DNA of 64,000 nucleotides from Giardia intestinalis (Eukaryota): NCBI GenBank assembly GCA_000002435.2, contig CM018793.1; one strand, 5' to 3'. Shown piece by piece: positions 58,051 to 64,000 of this stretch (position 1 is its first letter; each line of letters starts with the position of its first letter). The notes under the pieces were generated by a model. It saw only the letters and a program-made list of their open reading frames with translations, ran no database searches and was not told where the DNA came from. The position numbers and the translations under genes were made by a program.

Positions 58051-58800
58051 TCAGCAAAAGGTGGCAAGGTGCACCAAGAGCTCCGTCTTCTTGTCATCAT
58101 CTATGCCCAATTTATTGTTGAGCAGCATTGCTCTCACATCTTCTCCGTGGATTGATGCTTCGTATTGTGCTACCGCATGGAAAGACGGAACATGTCCGAC
58201 TCTCGCTGCTATATGAAGAGCCGATTGACCATCTGCATCTACCATTCCTCTCTCCTTATCCCAAAGGCAATCGATACACGAGTAGTTCGAGTGCTCCACT
58301 GCGTACATTAAGGCGGTCTTCCCATTTCTATCTTGCAGTCCACCCTCTTTGTCAACTAATAGTGTGACACAGTTCACAGCCCCCACGATTGCAGCTATCA
58401 TTAGGGCAGTAAGAAAGCACCGTGTCTCCCTCAATCTACTTTCATACTCTGCTAGAAGCTCTACAGCAGCTGTCGCGTTGTTTGCCGCAGCTATCATTAA
58501 AGCTGTTACATTAGCTAAGACGTAGCCAGAGATAATAACGGGGCATCTCATCTTCATCTGCCTTTCGTCGATGATCAGCACCTTTATCACATCCGGCCAG
58601 TTGCCCGCAGCGGCATACATCAGCGCAGTGCAGCCCATCATGTCGAACTGCTGAACATACCCTCGTCTATTACGGGCCTCTCTCACATCTCCTTTAATAG
58701 CTGCGTGCATTAAGGGCGTACGACCGCCATACCCACGGCCGTGATCTGTAAAGGCCGACCTGAGCTCATCCAATCGATACACATGCCCAATTGTAAACAT
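58051..58800 (-). CDS. ankyrin-repeat protein ('protein 21.1'-like, short, 249 aa)
   Basis: The track start 58809 is GTG. The first ATG is 58800-58798 (MFTIGHVY). Repeated ankyrin units: TPLMHAAIKGDVREA, TALMYAAAGNWPDVIKVL, TALMIAAANNATAAVELL, TALMIAAIVGAVNCVTLL, TALMYAVEHSNYSCI, SALHIAARVGHVP. Confidence 0.7.
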   Translation of the reverse strand: MFTIGHVYRLDELRSAFTDHGRGYGGRTPLMHAAIKGDVREARNRRGYVQQFDMMGCTALMYAAAGNWPDVIKVLIIDERQMKMRCPVIISGYVLANVTALMIAAANNATAAVELLAEYESRLRETRCFLTALMIAAIVGAVNCVTLLVDKEGGLQDRNGKTALMYAVEHSNYSCIDCLWDKERGMVDADGQSALHIAARVGHVPSFHAVAQYEASIHGEDVRAMLLNNKLGIDDDKKTELLVHLATFC

Positions 58801-59184
58801 ACCAATCACGATTTAGATAGATGAATATTTGATAAATGAAAGGTTCGGCTTTACAGGCGTTTAAAGGTTTTATAGGTATGTTGCTATCACACACGGAGGT
58901 CTATTGCTGCAGTGTGGGGCTACCGGGACGGCAAGGCATGCAGCTAGGATTTGAGCTTAGCAGCAGAAGAGGATTGACTTTGTGTATAAGGGCATTCTTC
59001 ATCCACCAACTGTCTGGTCTTCTTAGAACTGGTTTCTGTGGGGAAAGTCCAGCCTGCAATGTCTCATTTCTGTAGAAAGAGTATTTACTAGTTCAATCCA
59101 CAAGATAGTGTAGAAAATGTTTTGTAGCACGATAAAAATAAAAGAGATAAACAATCTGCTTCTCAATCCTCACAAGAACGCAGA

Positions 59185-60894
59185 TCACCCGCCCATTAGA
59201 ATATTGTTTATCTCTGAAACCAACTGCAGACACTTCTTCTTTGGCTCGTCGTAGCAGCTCTCAATGGTTTTTTGCACAATGAAGAGCTCTACCGCATACT
59301 TCTTCTGTAGGTTCGCTGAGAGCTGGTCCAATAGATTTCTTAGCAACTGCGCATTCTCGTTTGCTGCAATTTGATCTTCTATGAGCCGCAGCGCACCCTT
59401 GCTCTTTTCGAGGGTTTTCGTTTCTTCCTCATGCATGGCTTTTAAACTAGTAAGCTTCGTCTTAAGGGTGCTTTCCTCTGCCTCGACATTTTCAATTGAC
59501 TCTGCATCGCGTAGGTCTGCTCTAAGGCGTTCAAGGGAGTCAGTTAAAGCTGAAACCTTGTCACCATAGGTCCGCAATTCAGCGTTGACCCGCATCTCCG
59601 TATCAGTTGTACGGTCAAGCTCGCGCGACTTTTGCTGTAGTTGTGCCTCAATTGCACCAGGGTTCTCCTCTCCAGGCACTGAGACGGTACCCTGAGGAAT
59701 GGGCAAGCGGGAAATAAGATTGACAACTTCTGCCTGAGCTTGCTTAATACTCGTTTGAAGGGCCAGCTTTTTGTTGGGAAATTCAACGAGAAACGCTTCT
59801 GCTTTGATGACGGACTTCAACAGATCCTTCTGCTCCTTGGTGATGGTCACAGTTGCGTCAGGGGTGATCTCTTCCAAAAGCTTCTTGCGTTGTTGAACGC
59901 CGCTTTCTGTTATCTTGATCTCTTCTACTAAGCTCTGCGTCTCCATTTGCTCTACACGAAAGCGATTCCTAAGCTGCTGCTTAAGTGATTGCTCCGGATC
60001 ATGACTTTCCGCAGCCTTAATTTTTGCCTTGTATGCATCAAGCTCTCGTTTTGCCGCTCTGATCTGTCTATGGAGCGTAATAGCCTTTTGGATGTTTGTA
60101 TCCACTCCGCTTATGCGTTCGTCCATTGCTATGTGACCCGGTTGTCCAGAAATAGAACCACCCGAGGTGTAGTTGGAAAGGATAGTGCAGAAACTGTATG
60201 CATTCGCCGCCACTGCTGCTGCCTCCTGAAGCTCCTTGCGTAGTTCGCTTTCCTTTTGCTTCAGTGTTATATTCTCGTCATTTAGAGACCTATATCGTTC
60301 TGCAGCTTGTAAACCGAGCGTTGATTCTATTTGAGCCTCCATTTCCGTGCGCAGATGCACCGCAGACGCCTCGTTCTTGCGAAGACGCTCCTCGGCATCG
60401 ACCCTGGCCTTGTAGGCTATGTTCGCCTCGTTTCTAGTTTTCGACGCGGCCGACTCTGCTTCTGTTGCCTCTGCACGAAGATCCTCGAGCGTTGCATTCT
60501 CACTGAGTCTGCTCTGGGAGTAAAGAATGTCTTGAAGCTCTCCCTGAAGCTCGTCAACCTCACGTTGGATAGCATGAAGAGATTCCTGCTGGCGTTGGAG
60601 CTGGCCTTCACGCTTCTGTAACTCTATGGTCTGCTTTGAAAGCGCTTCTGCCTCCTTGTTTGTGGCTGTGATCAAATTGCGGAGCTCACTGGTATAATAT
60701 CCCAAGTCCAGGACTTGCCGCTGGCCGCCAACGGCCCGGGTTCCTGGCATGCCCATGTTTGTTATAGGTCTGGCGGTGAGAGCTACTTGCGTCATAGCAG
60801 CCGTACCTCCAACTGCTTGTTGAACCGAACCCCGCGTAACAGTACGGGCGGTCATAGCCGGGTGCATTGCTGTCCCAGTAGCAAGTCTGTTCAT
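59185..60894 (-). CDS. hypothetical long coiled-coil protein (569 aa)
   Basis: ATG verified (MNRLATG). Almost the whole length is heptad-rich E/K/R/Q/L (e.g. LSKQTIELQKREGQLQRQQESLHAIQREVDELQGELQDIL). This is a typical cytoskeletal or flagellar coiled-coil. Confidence 0.55.
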   Translation of the reverse strand: MNRLATGTAMHPAMTARTVTRGSVQQAVGGTAAMTQVALTARPITNMGMPGTRAVGGQRQVLDLGYYTSELRNLITATNKEAEALSKQTIELQKREGQLQRQQESLHAIQREVDELQGELQDILYSQSRLSENATLEDLRAEATEAESAASKTRNEANIAYKARVDAEERLRKNEASAVHLRTEMEAQIESTLGLQAAERYRSLNDENITLKQKESELRKELQEAAAVAANAYSFCTILSNYTSGGSISGQPGHIAMDERISGVDTNIQKAITLHRQIRAAKRELDAYKAKIKAAESHDPEQSLKQQLRNRFRVEQMETQSLVEEIKITESGVQQRKKLLEEITPDATVTITKEQKDLLKSVIKAEAFLVEFPNKKLALQTSIKQAQAEVVNLISRLPIPQGTVSVPGEENPGAIEAQLQQKSRELDRTTDTEMRVNAELRTYGDKVSALTDSLERLRADLRDAESIENVEAEESTLKTKLTSLKAMHEEETKTLEKSKGALRLIEDQIAANENAQLLRNLLDQLSANLQKKYAVELFIVQKTIESCYDEPKKKCLQLVSEINNILMGG

Positions 60895-60925
60895 TTAATA
60901 AAATTTGGCCACCCTGTGATCACGA

Positions 60926-61969
60926 ATGGGAACCAAATCCAAAAAGATACAGAACACAGAGACAGTCGTAGAGCAGCGTGGTAGTACACAGCAGAAAAAG
61001 ACGGAGGCTAACCTTATTGGTGGCCCGTCAACCTCCAAGCAAGAGCCACACAATAAACCAAAGAGGATGCAGGAGATACCTGTCCAACAGTTTCGCGGCC
61101 TGGACCCTCTCTATGACTCTTATGTGCGCAACCCATCTGGGGAACAAGTTGTTGAGCCCGAGGACTCATCCGATTTAGAAATGTCCACAGAGGGATACCT
61201 CGTGCAGATTCCCTTTGCGCCAGGATCTGAGCCCTGTACTGGTCCCAATGACCCAAATTATCGGAAGCTGAAGCAGAAGGATGTAACTCTAGGGGACCTA
61301 CAGACCCCGAGAAGGCACCCTATAATTATATTTGACTCTCCAAACGATTTACTGGACTTTCTACATCGATTTAATCGCTTCCACATCCCCGAAGACAATC
61401 TCAATCTTCTGCTAAAGGAGATTGAATTTGTCGTAGAAAGAGGCGGCGATTGCAGGTTGATGCCCGATGGCAGGTTTGTGATGTACACCCGTGAGATAGA
61501 GGAGATGATTTCTAAGCGGAGAGATATGGCGGGTAAAATTTCTACAGAGCATATACAGCTGAGAAAGCTCTGCTTCTACTTTTTTGCTCTACTCCTATTG
61601 TCAGCGATTGTCATAGGCGGCCTTGCCTTCATCATGAACTTCCTGTTTCCGTCGCTCTTTAAATTCGGGTCATCTAGCTCCGAATCGCTCTCCCCAGAGG
61701 AAAAGATGCGCGAGAGCTACAAAGCTCTGGACCTAGCCCCTGATTCCTCTGTAGAGGAGATTAAGAAACAGTACAAGAAGCTTGCCGTTAAGTGGCATCC
61801 AGATAGGAATCCCAATTGTGTGGATTGTGAAGCCAAGTTTATGGTCATTGCCGATGCATACAAAGCATTACTCGATATTCTAGCTGGTGGAGATGGAGAG
61901 CCAACCCAGCAGCGCGAGGGATCCGACCCTGATAGAGAATTTGTTGTTCGGCCGATGCGCTATAGGTGA
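60926..61969 (+). CDS. membrane-anchored DnaJ (J-domain) protein (347 aa)
   Basis: ATG verified (cgaATGggaacc). A single predicted TM (LCFYFFALLLLSAIVIGGLAFIMNFLFPSLF) is followed by a C-terminal J domain: YKALDLAPDSSVEEIKKQYKKLAVKWHPDRNPN....AKFMVIADAYKALLD. The HPD tripeptide is present. Confidence 0.75.
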   Translation: MGTKSKKIQNTETVVEQRGSTQQKKTEANLIGGPSTSKQEPHNKPKRMQEIPVQQFRGLDPLYDSYVRNPSGEQVVEPEDSSDLEMSTEGYLVQIPFAPGSEPCTGPNDPNYRKLKQKDVTLGDLQTPRRHPIIIFDSPNDLLDFLHRFNRFHIPEDNLNLLLKEIEFVVERGGDCRLMPDGRFVMYTREIEEMISKRRDMAGKISTEHIQLRKLCFYFFALLLLSAIVIGGLAFIMNFLFPSLFKFGSSSSESLSPEEKMRESYKALDLAPDSSVEEIKKQYKKLAVKWHPDRNPNCVDCEAKFMVIADAYKALLDILAGGDGEPTQQREGSDPDREFVVRPMRYR

Positions 61970-62003
61970 ATGTAGGACCACACGACTGACTGAATTAAGC
62001 AGG

Positions 62004-63968
62004 TTACAAGTACTTCAAGAAGTTAACTAAGTCACTACGGTCCAATCCCTCGCACTCATGAACCTGTTTAATTGTAAATGATGTTCCAGTACTAGTGGGG
62101 AGGGGGGACCCTATGGATGTGTGTAAATTGCTATGGTTACTCGGAGTTAACTGCCTGAATTGGTCCATGTTTCGTGCATCATCTATCGGTTTGGGTTGAT
62201 CTGATGACCTTACCTGGGTGTCGCGACGAAAGGTTCTAGAGGCAGCACGGGAGCTAGGCCTGGATGATGTGTTACTAGTAGAGACGAAAGAATCTGCCTT
62301 TTGGAAGGCTGGAGATGCCACAATACTAGGTCTGGAAGCTTCTGGAACCACAGGGCCATAGGTGATCTCGAATTCTAGAAGCTCCATGGACGCTTGAGCA
62401 AGAATCTCAGTCAGCGGTAAGTCAAATTGATCCTCGATATAAGAAAGACGCTTTTGAGACGCTTCGATGAACTTCGCTGGGCATGCGTTGAGGGCTGCGC
62501 TTGCAAGATCTTCTGGGTGTTGGGCCTGTTGCTTGTTTAACCTTGAGCGGCTTCTGCTTCGGGGCTCAGAGTGAGATTCCGAAGAGTGAACATTACCGAC
62601 ATTGAGCAGACGTAAGAAGGTAGGATAAGAAGACCGCTCTTCTTGTAAGATAGCCAGCCGAAGAACCGAGTGCTCCAGCACAAGACCTAGAACACTCGAC
62701 AGGGGCTTTTTAAACGAGTGACCAGAATTCGAGCCAAGGACTTGTCTCGAAACTGGTTCTAGATAGTTGCTAGTGTATCTATAGCAAGGATAGAGGTATT
62801 GTGGTATTGTATCAGGCTCCTTTACCCATGCCGGCTGATAAGGAAAGCTACCCAAGTCTTCTAAGTAGCTGCTGGCGTGCTTCCAAAGATTCTCAGGTAT
62901 ACCTGGGTATCGTACCTTTGAAGAACTATAAGAGTTGCCCATAAACTCTTCATAGATTTCTAGCAAAGGAATCCAAAGCGTAGGAGCAGCAGAGAATGCT
63001 TGAGAAATAACTTTGTACATGCAGGCCTGAACCCTGGCGAGATAGTTCCCGATCTTGTGGGTGAATGCTCCTGCGTCTACTTCGGCAATATACGCATCCA
63101 TTGATCCAGTGAATTGCTGAAAGGAAGGACGTGTTAGGAGCTTTATCTGGCGGGGCCAATCTCTTACAGAGGACCTGTGATATATGTAATAATCACGTAG
63201 ACAAGGGTAGGCACTGCTCATGTATGTAACGTGGTTGCTCAGTGGATGGAGACAAGCAGAATTGTCCAGTCTGCCGGCAGAAAGTATGCAGGGGTTGAAG
63301 GCATGAAGATTATTCTTTAATAGTACATCAGATATCTGCATGCCTGTCTCGTCCATCTGAGCAAACGATTGAAGATAGGAAAATTGGATATCAAGTAGGT
63401 TACATACAGGCTGTATGCACCTATAAAATTGCCGAATTGATCGTAAGCTCAGAAGGTTCTTTCGCATCAACTTGCGGTAGTAGCAAGCAGCAAATGCAGA
63501 GCAAGTTAGCTCCTTAGATAGCCAGTCGTAATCGCTTGAAGCAAACATGTGCACGGCACACAGGTATAAGACCGAAAAGAGTGCAAGAGGACTTTCAGAC
63601 TCTAGTTTAGTGTTCGCCTCGTTACAAACAAGTAACAATTTAGATGAGCTAAGGATACCCAGACACTTCTCAATAAGCTGCGACTGTGTAGAGTTACAAG
63701 TGGTTTCCTTTCCACGGAAGTTGGCAGGAACAGAGAAGGTTGGCCCCAAAATGTCAGACATTACGTTGGACAGGAGATAGCCTTGCATGAAACATGTACC
63801 ACAAGTAAAGACCAAAGTAGAAAGGAAATAGAAGAACGAATATATCTGTACGGATAGCAGTGCATGCAAGAGAAGCTGGTTCGTTCGCAAACCTAAGGAG
63901 CTAGTAAAGTTGCTCTCTGAGGGATGCTCCACTTCGTAGGCAGGGTCACCTGGTATCAGAAGTTTCAT
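62004..63968 (-). CDS. hypothetical protein (654 aa)
   Basis: ATG verified at 63968-63966 (MKLLIPGDPA). N-terminal hydrophobic segments and a Ser/Arg-rich C-terminus. No family recognised. Confidence 0.45.
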   Translation of the reverse strand: MKLLIPGDPAYEVEHPSESNFTSSLGLRTNQLLLHALLSVQIYSFFYFLSTLVFTCGTCFMQGYLLSNVMSDILGPTFSVPANFRGKETTCNSTQSQLIEKCLGILSSSKLLLVCNEANTKLESESPLALFSVLYLCAVHMFASSDYDWLSKELTCSAFAACYYRKLMRKNLLSLRSIRQFYRCIQPVCNLLDIQFSYLQSFAQMDETGMQISDVLLKNNLHAFNPCILSAGRLDNSACLHPLSNHVTYMSSAYPCLRDYYIYHRSSVRDWPRQIKLLTRPSFQQFTGSMDAYIAEVDAGAFTHKIGNYLARVQACMYKVISQAFSAAPTLWIPLLEIYEEFMGNSYSSSKVRYPGIPENLWKHASSYLEDLGSFPYQPAWVKEPDTIPQYLYPCYRYTSNYLEPVSRQVLGSNSGHSFKKPLSSVLGLVLEHSVLRLAILQEERSSYPTFLRLLNVGNVHSSESHSEPRSRSRSRLNKQQAQHPEDLASAALNACPAKFIEASQKRLSYIEDQFDLPLTEILAQASMELLEFEITYGPVVPEASRPSIVASPAFQKADSFVSTSNTSSRPSSRAASRTFRRDTQVRSSDQPKPIDDARNMDQFRQLTPSNHSNLHTSIGSPLPTSTGTSFTIKQVHECEGLDRSDLVNFLKYL

Positions 63969-64000
63969 CTTCTGAAGCTCGTTGTGAAGATACTTTGCTT

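Noticed and set aside
1..64000. Prokaryotic-style interpretation (operons, CRISPR arrays, RBS, Rho-independent terminators)
   Set aside because: The gene content (SUMO, VSP/CRGKA, NEK-ankyrin, RPSA, UTP15, radial spoke) is eukaryotic and diplomonad-specific. I saw no direct-repeat/spacer arrays.
1..64000. ORF-track start coordinates that rest on GTG or TTG (1598, 4313, 14926, 21117, 26531, 27583, 27634, 37211, 37538, 44756, 58809)
   Set aside because: For a eukaryotic reading I checked the nucleotides and moved each start to the first in-frame ATG.

Overview
This is a eukaryotic window, not a prokaryotic one. The protein families are diagnostic of a diplomonad genome such as Giardia intestinalis. 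I see two cysteine-rich variant-specific surface proteins (VSPs) ending in a TM helix plus CRGKA, three high-cysteine membrane proteins (HCMPs) with repeated CxGxGxC EGF-like motifs, NEK kinases fused to ankyrin repeats, ankyrin-only 'protein 21.1' genes, SUMO, MsrA, RPSA, RPL17, PNO1, UTP15, an ABCF ATPase and a radial-spoke head protein. Genes are intronless, GC-rich, packed on both strands with tiny intergenic spacers. AT-rich initiator stretches sit directly before each ATG, and AGTRAAY-type poly(A) signals follow the stops. I annotate about 37 CDS and 2 pseudogenes, and recognised no rRNA, tRNA or CRISPR by eye.

The main structure is a 2,101-bp near-perfect inverted repeat at 6037-8137 and 14998-17098. 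It carries two VSP copies arranged head-to-head around a 1,687-aa HCMP gene. One copy is intact. The other has lost its initiator ATG exactly where repeat identity ends, inside the signal-peptide codons.

Other points of interest:
- a probable NEK pseudokinase (YKN in place of the HRD catalytic loop), with a 79-aa NEK N-terminal fragment beside it;
- two same-strand ORFs separated by 2 nt and a frame offset, possibly one ~1,580-aa gene;
- a convergent 77-nt CDS overlap at the Hikeshi gene;
- a Walker A/B orphan NTPase resembling the bacterial-type 'predicted AAA-ATPase' family;
- a PNO1-RPL17-UTP15 ribosome-biogenesis micro-cluster.

The supplied ORF track opens several ORFs on GTG or TTG. I moved those starts to the first in-frame ATG after checking the nucleotides.
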